Assembly: GCA_904063045.1 (NCBI GenBank)
Contig: CAJFCJ010000028.1
Location: 560,192 to 624,191, forward strand
Length of the DNA stretch: 64,000 bases
Reading direction: 5' to 3'
Source of the DNA: Dimorphilus gyrociliatus
Taxonomy: Eukaryota; Animalia; Annelida
Made by a program: the position numbers and the translations under genes. Numbering within the stretch: position 1 is the stretch's first letter; each line of letters opens with the position of its first letter. The notes under the pieces were generated by a model, which saw only the letters and a list, made by a program, of their open reading frames with translations, had not been told where the DNA came from and made no database searches. This document shows positions 1 through 12,999 of this stretch, piece after piece.

Positions 1-3000
1 AATAAAAAGAATAAAATAAAAAAGGTTAGGTTTAGCCCAATCTGTTATGCGTAGGCCTAACCGACGATGAATCCCATTAAACGTGCTTCGAATTTTATAA
101 CCCCAATTTATAAATTAAAAGTAGATTGATTCGTATTAAAATAGACTGGGAGAAAGCGAGAACTAAAGATAGAGGCAGGGAAACTATTTCATTGATAGAG
201 CTGTAAGCTTATTTTTGACATCTATTTATTATGGAAAACGTAATATTTTGTATATCTTGTACGGTCTATCAATCTTTGAAAAGGAAAAAGAATAACACAG
301 AGTAGAGAGGTAGGAGAGAAAAAAATCACTTTGTCGATAACTTTTACGCCTTAGGCCTATACCGACATATATTAAGTAACTGAACAATAATTAAGAGACA
401 ATAAACAGTTAGAGGTTAAATATCAGATTCCGCCCAATCGGACACTTTTACATCTGGGTAATGGAGTAAAAAACGTCATTTTATGTCGCACTTGACAATA
501 GAATATTGTTTTTCCCCTACTCCTTGCTATTAAGTACTTTCAATATTGGGCGATCATCTTTCTAATCTAATAACAATAGGATATAAAGATAAGAAAAGGA
601 TACTTGTAAAGATTTCTTTAAAAATATGTCACTTTTTTCACGATATTAACAAGAATCCAAAAAAAAGAAGAGAAAGAAGAGAAAGAAGAAGACAAGTTCA
701 GATCATAGTCCAAAACGTATAAAATAACCTTAAAATTTTTAACAAAACGATTTCTTATTCTTTTCAAGTTCAATAGTGAAAATATAAGAAAAATTCATAT
801 ACAGTATATTGTCTATATACGTTTCTGCATAGTATATATCTACTGTATATAATCATTGAGCAACTAGCCACATGTGTTTAACCAAATGCGTTATATCGTA
901 TTACAATCATAGGGTCGGAAAACTCTGGAACTGCAATACATTTTCTCCAGATTAATTGATAATATATATCAGAACTGAGTCTATTTTTTCCTTTATTTGT
1001 GTATAATTTCAATATTTATTTACAATTTGCAAAGTTATATTACCTCTCTTTCAAGTAATATTACTTAATATTTTAATTTTCTCTATAAACCTTCTTCAGT
1101 TGTGTATATACTATACTTTCTTTTCTTTTCTTTTTGTTATAATTTACATGAAATTAATGATCTATTCAACACGTGTTCTAAGTTCCTTTGGCAAAGAAAG
1201 GAGGGAATCTTGCCTTTCAACAAGTTAAATTATCCCAATTTTTCATTAAAGAGAAAACAACGACTGCTTATTCTCTTCTTTCTATTATTTTCGTTTTTTT
1301 CTTCTATTTTGTTTTAATAAAATTAACTTTTAACAAAGTCTATATTTATTTAAATAAACTGATAATTTAATATTAAATTTTTGTTCTATTTCTTTCTATT
1401 TTAAGTACAAAGTATGCATAAGAATAAAAGAGGAAAACATGCATTTAATTAAAACGTTAGAATCGATAAATGGATATCTTTGCTTTCTTTCTTGTTTTAA
1501 AGTTTTACTTTCTATTAAAAAGTTTTAACTTGTTTTCATTGTAAATTTATACTAGTCTGACTCTGTTCAGCACGTGTTTCCAAGAGTTTTCCAACTTAAC
1601 TAATTCAAAGAAGGCAAAACACACTTATTTTTTTGGATTTTCCTTTTTTTTTTTACATTTGACAAATTGACAAACAATATAATAGAAATCATCGGATAAT
1701 TAATTACTATATATAAGTACAGTATAAAAAAGAAAGTATAGATCAAGTTGTCTTGAAACTCTCTATCTATCTCCATCGAATCTTTGACAAGGATCCAAAA
1801 AAGAGGAATATAAGCAGCAGAAATATAAACAAATGTTCAAGAAGAGTGGAATTCTTTGCCGGATGTTTAGAGATTGATTGATAGAAGATTCGTGGATTAG
1901 TGGGAAAAATCGAAAGTATTTGAAAAAATAGCTTGAAATTATAAGGAATTGGGGGAAGGAAAATTCTCAAAACAGCAACTTCAAAAGCTGTTTTCCGGCT
2001 ATAAAACACGCGAGTTTTGCAGTTGTTTGGCAGATGCAACAACACACATTACACGGCCGCTTCATCTTTTACGATCGCTTCGTTTCCGACCCCCTCCCTC
2101 TATCTTCTCTACTAAGCACCTTGCTCGCCCTTTCTACCCTTCTCGCCCTATGATCGTCGCTCCTCCCCACTTCTCTCTTTCGTTATCTGATTGAGTATAA
2201 ACTCAGAGATGAAAGAAGTGATATACAGATTTCACTTCCTTTATTCCTAAAGATTCGCATCACTCGACCCGTATTTTTTTAGAATATACAATTTATATTC
2301 GAAGGTGGGAGGGCGCCATGAAGCTGTAAAAGGCTAAAGGAGTAGGTTGGAACTGGGAGGTGACGGTTCCTATTTAACGCCCCCCAGTCATTTACTCACT
2401 AGTGGAATGATTTATTTGTCATATATTCTTTGAAAGACTACTATTCAACAATATCCTCGTTCTAAGCGCCGCGTCACGCCTTATATTTTTCATATAATAG
2501 TCTACCTTTCGTATAACTTGAACTTTAAGTATAAATATACATAAAAAATTAGGTGACTTAAACAGCAATAATATACCGACAACAGATGTTAAGTCATACT
2601 CCTCTTCTTTGACTATTGGCCTATGTAAATAGTCAACTTAACCGTTAAAGAGCGGAAAGGAAAAAATAAAAAGAGAATAAATATAGAGAGGGGAAGAGAA
2701 CCTAACCTAACGGTAAAGCGTCATTGGTGTTTTTTTTTAAAAAGTCACCGTACAGCCTGGCAGGTGTTTGGCACGTGTTTCTTTTTTGGTTTATTTCATT
2801 TTATCTTATTTATTTATTTATATTTTTTTAAAAAAAAAAAGAATATAAGAAAAACTTTTTAGTTTTTTATTCTATCGAAACAGTTCAATAACTTTTTCTA
2901 TTCCAAAACGCTCTGATAAGAGATAAGATTGGTTGTAAAATTATTAAGTACGAACAATCGCGGTAGCATTAAATTTCCTAGGCATATGATCTGCTAGCAG

Positions 3001-4753
3001 CCCGCCCGCCTAGAAAAGGATCGTCCCCATTTTATCTTATGGTATCTACCATAAACAGTGGCGCCCTCTAATAACAATTTTCATGTCTCTACTATCTATC
3101 GGATACGCTTGATAGGTTGTAATAGGTAAGAAAAAAACAAAAGTTTGCTATTTAAAAGTTACTAAATGCTGATAATCAGAAATTACTATAAAAAAAGTTA
3201 TTGAATAATACGATAAAGATTTTATGAACTTTTGAATCTGCTATCTTATTGAAGCCATTGAATAACACGCATAAAACCGGTATAAACAACACTAGAAGCT
3301 ATTTTTTTAAAGCCGTTTTATACCCAAATTTTATCCTTTTCTTTGATTAAACAGACAAATATATTTTGATGATATAAACTTGACAAAAAACATGAAATAA
3401 GCAAAAATTTACGACATCACTCGACTAAATGTGATAGCTAGGCATTTTGGGCAATTAAAATCGAATTAGCTCTTAGGGTTAGGTCGTTGGGGGGTAAAGG
3501 AATAAGAGAGTGGGAGAGAAAAGGCTTGGAAGGAGGAGAAGAGTTGAAAAATGCCCGTAGGCTATTCTATCGCATTCCAGAATCGAAAAGAGCTTCCCTT
3601 TCCTTCTCTTTATATCATACATCTCTAACCTTCCTATCGACTACCCCCCGTCCCGACTTCTTTCTTTCTTTCATTCAATTTTACTTTTATCTCGAGCACT
3701 TTCACTCTCCTCCCATCTTTTTACGAAGAGACCTTGGCTCTAGAAATTATTCGAAAAGCTCTCCGGCAGCTCGGAAGCCGCTGAATGAGATTTTTTTTAT
3801 CTCCGTCTCGACCTTTCTTGCATTAAACCTACACTACTGATGGACCGGTACTCTTGATAAGGATTTTTACTGTTTGTATTGATAAAAGATAGCTTAATTT
3901 GCTGATTGATACCGAAATCAGCGTTAAGTAAGTTTTTTTTGAATCTTTAATAAATTTCTAAGAATAGTAAAAAAGTTTGTACAAACCGTTGAAAGGATTT
4001 TGAGAGTTTGCTAATAAATGACATAGGAAAACACAAATTAAAGAGTAATAATGCATATCCAGTTTTCTTTTCGAATTTTTAAATTATATGCAAGTTTGCT
4101 CCATCAATCATCTTTTTCTGTGAATATAATATAACACCAAGTTAGTCTCTATCTCAGCTATCCGAATGCTCCCATACTACTGGCAGATCGAGAAACTAGG
4201 CCAATAGTATAGGTTTAAAAACTGACATGCGCACTGGGAATTCGAGTGTTGATTGGATAGTTTACATTTGCCGCTAGATATTCAAAAAAGTTTTTGGGGT
4301 TTATTCAAAATTTGTATTCTATGTTGCATTGTTATCAAAGTCAAGAGGGAGCAGGTGCCTTGAAATCTAGGTCGTTATGTATCCAAGATAAGAAAGGCAT
4401 ACACCCTATATTTTTTTAATAGAAACATATCAACAATACGCCATCTATTATCAAATTTACGTATTATTCAAAACAATCAAAAAACATTTATCTCAGCCAA
4501 GTATAAGTTTTTTTCCAAAAAAAAAGAGAAAAAAGTAGAATAAACATATTTCTCTAAGTCAAATAATGTAACTTAAAAGTTACCGATAAATAATTATAGG
4601 CCTAGAAGGCAAGATCGCTTTTTAGATTATAAACGCGTTAGCGATATAATCAGTCAGTGTTGCATAAAAACTTTTCTAGTGGCTCCTTTGCAAAAATGTT
4701 TAGCATGAAAAGAGTAGTGTCTGTATAAGTAATAGTGTATAAGCAATATATCA

Positions 4754-4756
<3 letters not shown>

Positions 4757-4794
<38 letters not shown>
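4757..4794. repeat. (TA)19 microsatellite
   Basis: Perfect dinucleotide run. Confidence 0.95.
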
Positions 4795-4795
<1 letters not shown>

Positions 4796-5411
4796 CAAAA
4801 AGGACATTTTTTAGTGTACATGTGTGTCCTTTTACCTCATTTCCAACCTTGAAAAAAATTGTTTTTTTACAGCTGATAAGATAATAAAATAAACAAATTT
4901 TTTTTACTTCATAATTTAAATTGAAAAATATAGACACATAAAATATATATTATCTCTTTCATCCATAAGATTACACTGCTATTGATTCAATTATACTTAA
5001 AAGTTACCTCTTTTCCTATATAAGGCATATAAGGAATTTATATAATTCATATTTTAATATTTATATATACACTGTATATATAAATATATAAATACTCTTC
5101 AAGATTGGAAAGATTAAATAGAAGAAAAGTTATTTTTTGTTAGAAAACTTGTTTTAGACATTTTTAACAATAGCTATTGTAAGTATAATCTATCTTACAA
5201 CTACTTTCTAATTTTAAATAACGTACCTATTCATAGATTCAAACTTATTGAAATATATCTTTATAGTTGGTTTTACCCTATTTTCTTTAGCTAATAAACT
5301 ACTTATATAATAAAATTTAACGTTAGGTGGCGTAGTGGTAGGCATGTAAATAAGGTTTTACTGTATTGTTTTAATAGGGAAGGGAGAGGGGGAAAAACCT
5401 GTTAGAGACGT

Positions 5412-7710
5412 TTATATTAAAGTTATTTCACAGATTTCTTCGGGTTGACCATTTCCAGATCCGAATAGGACTATGTAAACATCATTACACAAATCATTCT
5501 GACATTCGCATATGTACTTGCACTTTGTTGCTTCCGCAGATTCGCTAGTCCATGTGCCAGAGCAGATCATCTTCAGTTTTGGATTTGTAATATCCGTAAG
5601 ATATATAGTTAGATAATTATTTGAATCGTCTAGAAGATTACGTTCACTAGTAGAATCGTTAAAAGTAACAATAACTTGTAGAAACTTCTTGTTGAAGTTT
5701 TTTGGCTTTAATTTTATCAAGAAATAATTAGATTTATCAAATTTAGTACACGTTGTTTCATCTTTATCGTACATGTAGGCAAGTTCTAAGTGTTGATTAC
5801 ATAATGTATTATTGTTTAAAGTATTATTTGTATTCGTATATATGTCAAATGAATACGTTTTAACTTTCTTCTTTTTCTTTGCTTTATCTATTAATTAGAA
5901 AAAAGTTGACAAACAGTTATTTATTGTTATTGTTACGTAATTGAATTGTTTGTCTTTATTTTTATCATATAAAGTAGTTATATATTTTTTATATATTTTA
6001 CCTGAAAACCAGTTAAATATTTGAATTTCATGCGCTAAAGTTGTAGATTCTGAACCAAAGCGAACTTTATTTGGGTCCAATTTATTACCAGTAGAATTTA
6101 TTGACAGTAATGTTTCTTGTTTGTCAAATAAACGACCAAATTGTATACTCTCGCTGTTCCATTTTACAAAGAATTTCTCCCATTCTAAGTATTTTGGAGA
6201 CAAAGAACCAGAATTTGACAAACCGTTATACGTATTTAATACTGCTGTTTCATTGTTAATTTCCAACTGAAAAATAGGTAATAAAACGATTGTTAATAGG
6301 TAATTTAGAATATTTGTCTCTTATCTTTGTCTTTACTTTAATTAATGTTTGATTTTCCTTTAACAAAATCATTATCAAATTACTAAAAGTATTCTCTTGA
6401 GCGTTTAAACTTTTAATACTAAATTCTATTATATTCCAATCTTTACTTTCAGCTTTATATAATCCATTAGAATTTAAGGAATCTATTCCAGAATAGTACG
6501 AAAATAGTGTATCATCTGGAAAATATTAAGATATTTACCAAATGACCTAAAAGATTTAATAGTAAATTTATCATTATAATGAATTTTTTTTTGTTACCAT
6601 TATTAAACATTCCTATAAATACTATTCCAACTTTATCTTGGTCTTCGGACCAAACTTCTTTAACAGTTAATTTAAACCATTCAATATTTTCAAGTTCCTT
6701 ATCAAAGCAATTTATCTTATAATCACTGTTTCTTTCGATTTGTAATAGTTGTTTGTCGCCATTAGACCATAATATTTTGGCTACTTTTATTTGAATATTT
6801 CCCATAGCTGTTATTGGATTTATTATACAGAATTTAAAATTGGACACTGATTGAGAAAGATTAAATAATAGATTTATTTCGCTATCATTACAACTCAATC
6901 TCTGACATTTTGATGATAGCCAATAGTCAAAAGAATAATTCTGTATTTGATTGCAATCTTTCTTATCTTCAGTACTAATATCAGTGCATTTTGTTATTAG
7001 GTTACTTCCGTAAACTTGGCTCATTTTCTCACCATTTTCGCCTATAAGTAATAATAAATATAAGCGACTTATGCATATAAATATTGAAGAGAAAGGAAAT
7101 TTTTAAGTTGAGACTTACTCGTGTAACCCCATACTCCTATCTCCCCAAGGGCAAATTCGAATGGGTCTGGTTCGTAATATCTCTCAGGAGAAAAAACAAG
7201 AGAAGATTGATCTTTTAAATGAACTACATGACATCTATAGTCATAATCTTTTTGAAGATTTAGGAAAAGATTTTTCGGAGTGTCTTCTTCCTTGAAAGTT
7301 ACTCGAATTTTCTCAATAAAGGAAGTTGTATTTGAATTTCTTGTGAATCCTTGACGAAAGCAAATTTGCTGAATGTCATATTTTCTTGCAAATGTTACAG
7401 TAATATTAACAAAAGTACAAGATTCTTCTAAGCCGCATTTTATTACAAATGAACTTGGTTGCTGCCATATTGGGCTTAGTGAATTTTTACATTCGTAAGT
7501 AAAATTAAATTCCTCAAATTCGGCTTTACTCGTATTGCAAATAGCGTTATTTTCCAATGAAGCAAAATTTTTAAAAGCTCCATCTGTTAAAGAAGATTAT
7601 AATTGAAAATATATTATATAATAATGATTTCTTGAAATAAAACAACCTAAATTGAGTTGATAAGTTTTCAATAACAGCGAATATATGAATAATATTATAA
7701 AGAGAAACAT
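5412..7710 (-). CDS. Secreted multi-domain protein, paralog A (~596 aa): signal peptide, two Cys-containing discoidin/galactose-binding-like beta-sandwich domains, a farnesoic-acid-O-methyltransferase-like domain and a Cys-rich C-terminal domain
   Basis: Six GT-AG exons: 7710-7647, 7583-7119, 7041-6598, 6515-6337, 6266-6002, 5785-5412 (1791 nt, in frame). The N-terminus MFLFIILFIYSLLLKTYQLNL is signal-peptide-like. It aligns domain by domain with paralog B (FTYECKNSLSPIW/FTYSCTHALKPIW; YDIQQICFRQG/YDLQLICFRQG). Domain names come from motif resemblance, not a database search. Confidence 0.8.
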
Positions 7711-8195
7711 TGGTCTTTCTCCTTCTTCTTCCTAACGTTGAAGTAGCAATGAAAACAGTAAAAATGAAAAAGAGAATACAAACAATCAAACTTCAATTAG
7801 TATATGAAATACAACTAATTGACTTCATTAAAAACTGTAAAATGAAAAAGTCCGCTCAAATGATTTAATTGTCTTCTTTATTCTATCTCTTTGATGATTT
7901 ATTAATTATTAATTATTAAATGAAGGTTACTCTTAATTAATTAAAAATAGTTGAAGGAGAAAAAAAAGGGCACAAACTTTTTTTTTTAAAGAAACAATAT
8001 AAACTATTATTCTGGAAATAAGATAGTAAATTACCAGGATGATTGATGATACGAGTCTATCTATTGGCAGTTTAATAAATCAAAATATTTTTTTTCTTAT
8101 TTTTTATATTGAATATACAGTATTTTAAGAAAGATGAATTCTGCAAGATGGTCATCTTCAGTAGGTTAATTCGAGAGATATCAAAAACAGACTTT

Positions 8196-10352
8196 TTATT
8201 CTATGAAATCATATGTTATATCACATATATGAAATGGTAGATGATTTACTTTTGTATACATAATATTAATATTATTGCAATTGTCTTCAACACACGTACA
8301 AGCAAATGAACAGGTTATTAAATTACCCGCCCCTGTTTGACTATTTAATTTACATATAGACAAAAAATTTGAAGAGGTGCGTACAAGAACTACAATATTA
8401 TTCTGGTTTTGTCTATCGATATCACAGGCATCAGGTAAATCCTTTACAGTAATTTTTACTTTAACAGTTTCCCTATCTGACGGTAAATTATTGTGTTTAA
8501 CAGTCATTTTCACCCAATTGTTAAATGAAATACAACTAGCCATATTTCTATCAATTAAATTTTCAAAGTGTTTCTTCATCAGACAAGAAGAAGGACTATT
8601 AGCTTCAACTGTAAAATCCTTATCCAAATCTGCGGCTAAATTTAGAGCATACAAAAAGAAAAATTATCACAACGTTATCTATTGTATTATCGATTAATTA
8701 ATTAGGAGATTTTACCTTCAAACCAATCAAGGAATCTAATTTCAAAGATATTTAGCTTATTTATTGTTTTAATTGCCAAACTTTCCGGTAAGAATGGGCC
8801 GTCTTTGTCTATAGAGAGTATCTCTGTTTCATTTTCTAAATCATCGGAAAGTATTCCAAATCGTACTTCATCAGACCAATCAATGTAAAAATTTACCCAT
8901 TTGTTACAACTTAAATATGAATTTTCTGAAGTTTCTTCATCACCATTAACGGATAATATATATCTAGGTGCCGTTAATTTTTCCATAGTTAACTTTAAAG
9001 AAAAACTCTTTTAATTAATAGATTAATATAATTATCTATAAATCATCATTACGGTCATAATTGGAGCCAATTTTTCGTATAAGATTATATAGAATCCATT
9101 ACAATTTGAATGGGATCTTAGAGAAAATTTTGTAATATTCCAGTTAGCAGGTCTAGCTTTGTAAAGTTTATATTCATCTTCACGAGCTTTTATTGACAAC
9201 GAATTTCGCTCTATTTTATAAGGAAAAAAAGACATGAATTTATACAAAGAATCGTCTATATTAACGGTCTACCAGATTTGATTACTGCTATCCAATCAAT
9301 TGTCCAAATTTGGGGTATTTCAACACCTGAGACAGCTTCTGGAGTAAATTTAACCCACCTTTCAATATCTGATCCATTATAATTTAAACATTTGACGTTA
9401 TGAGGTGATGAGTCAAGATTTATACTCTGAGTATAGCCTGAGCTCCAAGTAATAAGCCAAAAATTGTATTGACGATCGACCACATTTTTAGCGCATATTT
9501 GGTCAGGCCTGATTGCTTCGGTTAATGTAACATTAAATTCAAGACCATCCACAGGGCAAGACGGCAATGGACAGTTTACATCGTCGTCGGTAGGTCCATA
9601 TTTTATAATGTTGTTACATTTTGGAGATGGTATTATAGAAAGACAACTATCTAGATAATTTCTTCCATACTCTTCGGCCGGAAAACTTGTTATTTCGGCT
9701 TTACAAATAAAAGAAAAGAATAATAAATAATCAGTTGACTTTCCTGAAACAAAAAACAATTAAACGGAAGAAAGTACACCAACGGTTATGTGCCCATACG
9801 CCGACTTCATTAAATCCAATATCATTAACGCTTCCAACAATTGTCAACTCTTTAACGTAAATTCTGATTTTATTACAATGGACAAAGTTGATTAAATGAC
9901 ATCGATACTCGTAATCATCCTCCAAGTCAAGTTGGCGAGTTTGACCATTACACTGGACATCAACTTTTTTGATTGCTTTTGATTGACCGATATAAGTGTT
10001 TCCGTAACCTTGGCGGAAACATATCAATTGCAGATCGTAGGAAGTTTTAAAAGAAATATCAAAAAAGCTAGTATGGCACATGCTAGAGCAATTAAATAAG
10101 AGAGGATTAGGATCTCTCCATATCGGCTTTAAGGCATGAGTACAGCTATATGTAAAACCATTTATTGTTTTTACACCAGGTGAAACAGATAGGCATGTAG
10201 CTCCGGCATCCACAGAGGCAACGTTTACGAAAGCTCCATCTTAAAGAAGCATTATACATTATGAAGAAATAATAATAAAATATAATTAACAAACTTGTGT
10301 TAAATTGAAGAGAAGAGCGGAAATTTAAGATAAGAATGAAGAGAATTTTCAT
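8196..10352 (-). CDS. Secreted multi-domain protein, paralog B (~604 aa), tandem duplicate of A
   Basis: Six GT-AG exons: 10352-10295, 10239-9784, 9698-9273, 9210-9053, 8992-8716, 8635-8196 (1815 nt). Intron phases 1,1,1,0,1 are identical to paralog A. N-terminus MKILFILILNFRSSLQFNT is hydrophobic. The C-terminal CSFACTCVEDNCNNINI...ICDIT matches A's CKYICECQNDLCNDVYI...ICEIT. The exon 2 donor could lie 6 nt further on. Confidence 0.8.
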
Positions 10353-10860
10353 CTTTCTATATAGAGACCTATCTAAATCAAAACAGCAGCTTTCCTTCGA
10401 CCCTCTATTTCTAACTGTCAATCACCTTTCTTTCTTCCTCTTTTTGTCCATCTATCTAATGGATCCGATAATCTTTGTGAAAAGTAAGTCATAAATATTT
10501 AAGAAGTGCATATTTCGATATAAACAATTGAATAACTGGAAAATATAGAAACAATAAATTGAGAATGATCTTTTTTTTCTGTTTATGAGTGTTATGAAAT
10601 AATAAAAGACCTAATTGTTTGAAAATTCATTTATATACAGTATATATAAAGTAAATGTATAGAGATAAATTACTGATTAATAAGTTGTAATACCTTTTCC
10701 TTTTGTAAAAGTTCTAGTAGTGTCATATATTTTAATATATTAAACAATTGTTTGTCCAAGTTCTTTCTAATCTTTTCTATGTTCTCCGTTTCTATTTTAT
10801 CCCGTTTACTGTTTATCTCTCTGTTCCTAACCATTACCGTAGAATATAAATAAATATATA

Positions 10861-10891
10861 TATATATATATACTGTATATACTGTATATAT
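10861..10891. repeat. (TA)n tract with tandem TA-CTG-TA interruptions; representative of a dispersed motif family (putative Tc1/mariner footprints)
   Basis: TATATATATATACTGTATATACTGTATATA; 17 exact TATAC(A/T)GTATA copies counted by eye across the window. Confidence 0.6.
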
Positions 10892-11972
10892 AGGTTTTTA
10901 AAGGAAAATCTTTATAAAAATAACACCAGACAGAATATCTTGTATGATAAATGCTGTAACAAAATGATAAGATTTTATATAAATATTCACATGTTATATA
11001 CAATTGAAACATTTTAAATATATCTATTTTAATGAATAAACTATATTTAGAATTGTCTATTTTTGTTATAATATTTATATAACAGTATAATAAATTTGTA
11101 TTGGGTTCTTAAACGATTTATTAATATTTTTGTTCGAGTTGATCAATTTTCATTTTGATGTGATATAGTTATAATCTTATTACTTTTGTTCAATTTTTAG
11201 AATTAGGTCAAAAACGTTCAATTACGTGCTTTTTTATTAAAAAATTTTCTTCTAATATACCATCGGCTAGATGTCGTTAGTAATGATTTTTGTATTTTTT
11301 AAAAAAATTTGGTGTGTACTTTATTCCTTTGTTAAAGCTGTTAGTCATACACCTATCCACTCATAGTGTTCCAGCCCTGAGTGAACTGAAATGTTTGTAG
11401 TCAAGCAAAAGTCTCTTATTCAATATTGCTTTAAAAAATGTTCAATTAAAGCGCCATCTGTCATTTATAACTCATGCCCTACTTTTCAAATACAATGGCT
11501 ATGACACAGGGTGTACAAAGGACTTGAAAAGCATCAACAACTAGGCCCATGAAACCCGTAGTATTAAAAAATAAATAACGGCCATAAAAGAGTATTAAAT
11601 CATGTTTTTCAAGTCTGCTTCTGTGTTTACGTTGAGTATTTTAGAAAGTATACCGAAAATACGAGGTTTTAAGGAGAAAGAAGGATAAATTATTCTCTTA
11701 GCATAAAGAAAAATCTATCTATTTATCTCTACATCGCAAAGTGAAGAAAGAGAAAAGGGAAAAAAGGATTTAAAAGAAAAATAAGATCTACTTATTCGTC
11801 CATTTTTTCCTCATTTGATTATAATTCCAATAGAGACAAAAATAGACATTAGTGTGTATATATATGTTTATTTGCGGTCAAGATAGAAAGGAGAGACAGA
11901 CGTCGAAAGTTGAACTGTATTTTTATCTCTTTAGTTTAAGATTTTTGCTTGTATAAAAGAAATAGAGAGATT

Positions 11973-12999
11973 ATGACTAATGTTACTAATACTTTAAATT
12001 TACTTAATGAAACAACAACAAATTTGTTATTGACTGCCGTTTATAGTACTTTTCAAGTTGAGAATACAACTCGAATTGTTGAGAAGAGCTCGATAAAAGA
12101 TCCTAGCAATAATGATGATAATGGTGATATAAATGCTGGAATAATTGCGGCTTGTTGCGCAGGAGGACTTGTAGTTTTATTTGCTTTCGTTTGCCTTGTA
12201 CTTCGATATAAATGCAGGTTAGTATCACTTATTATAAAATATAGCAAATACAGTATATGATTGATCAGTATATAAATAGAGATGTGCACTGTATATTTCA
12301 TTTTTCAAGATTTATCGATTAGATATCCATTGCTTTTTGAATTCAATACTGTTTTAAAGGATGCCAGCAATACCGCTAGGGGTAAAATGGTTTACATGTA
12401 TTGAACAAGAGGATAAATAGATGTAGCTAAGGTGAAAATATATAAATTTTATAGTACATATATATGTACATAAATCTAATATATATGTATATGTGTCAAT
12501 GGGAGTAAACAGCTTATGAAATAAGGTCGTTTAGGACAAAATACAATCTATTTCAAGGTTATAACTATCGCTTTCAAACAGAAGTGTATCGACGCCACTA
12601 AAATCCAATAAGAGACGCTTCCAAGAGAATTTTGATAATAAGAATTTCGTATTTGAAGATGAGACTTTAAAAATTGAACGTCCTCTACCTCCAGAACCAA
12701 AAAACCATATTGAAGTATTAGAAAGAGCAGAAGAAGCTATTGAGAGTTTAGATTTATCAGACGGTATCACAGAAAAGAAAATATCAAATAACGATCGTAA
12801 AATTAACGGTGATATCAATCTATCTGAAAAAAGTAACCTGTCAAATGGTGAAACCGTGGTTGAAGTTCACAGAGAACTAACGGAAAGTGAAAAGAATCTA
12901 AGGGACTTAACAATTACACCAGACGAACTGGATTATCAGTCCAGCATAAATGAAATAGACAAAGTGTTAAATAATTTGGTCGATGAAGAAAGCATTTAG
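11973..12999 (+). CDS. Uncharacterised single-pass membrane protein (~220 aa)
   Basis: join(11973-12217, 12582-12999) = 663 nt with a phase-2 GT-AG intron. The Thr/Asn-rich N-terminus carries sequons NVT, NET and NTT. TM segment AGIIAACCAGGLVVLFAFVCLVL is followed by basic RYKCR and an acidic tail ending LVDEESI. An extra middle exon near 12360 is possible. Confidence 0.65.

Noticed and set aside
1-4400. ORFs at 1.1-3.8 kb and TTAGG(G)-like words (for example 3473-3483)
   Set aside because: The ORFs are low-complexity with no coherent exon chain, and the telomere-like words are single or double units only. The region looks regulatory (CCAAT, TGCGCA, TATA-like elements), but I cannot assign a gene.
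6337-6365. Apparent frameshift or premature stop in exon 4 of paralog A
   Set aside because: A recount shows TTA AAG GAA AAT...AAA|gtaaag is in frame (179 nt, phase 1 to 0), so the gene is intact.
7571-7789. Listed ORF MIVCILFFIF... as the signal peptide of paralog A
   Set aside because: It has no ATG and no phase-compatible donor. The ATG at 7710 in another frame gives a signal peptide and the same phase-1 intron as paralog B.
11340-11555. Two imperfect hairpins suggesting an H/ACA snoRNA, SECIS or pre-miRNA
   Set aside because: Only short stems (for example cttttcaa/ttgaaaag) and no convincing boxes; it would need an Infernal search.
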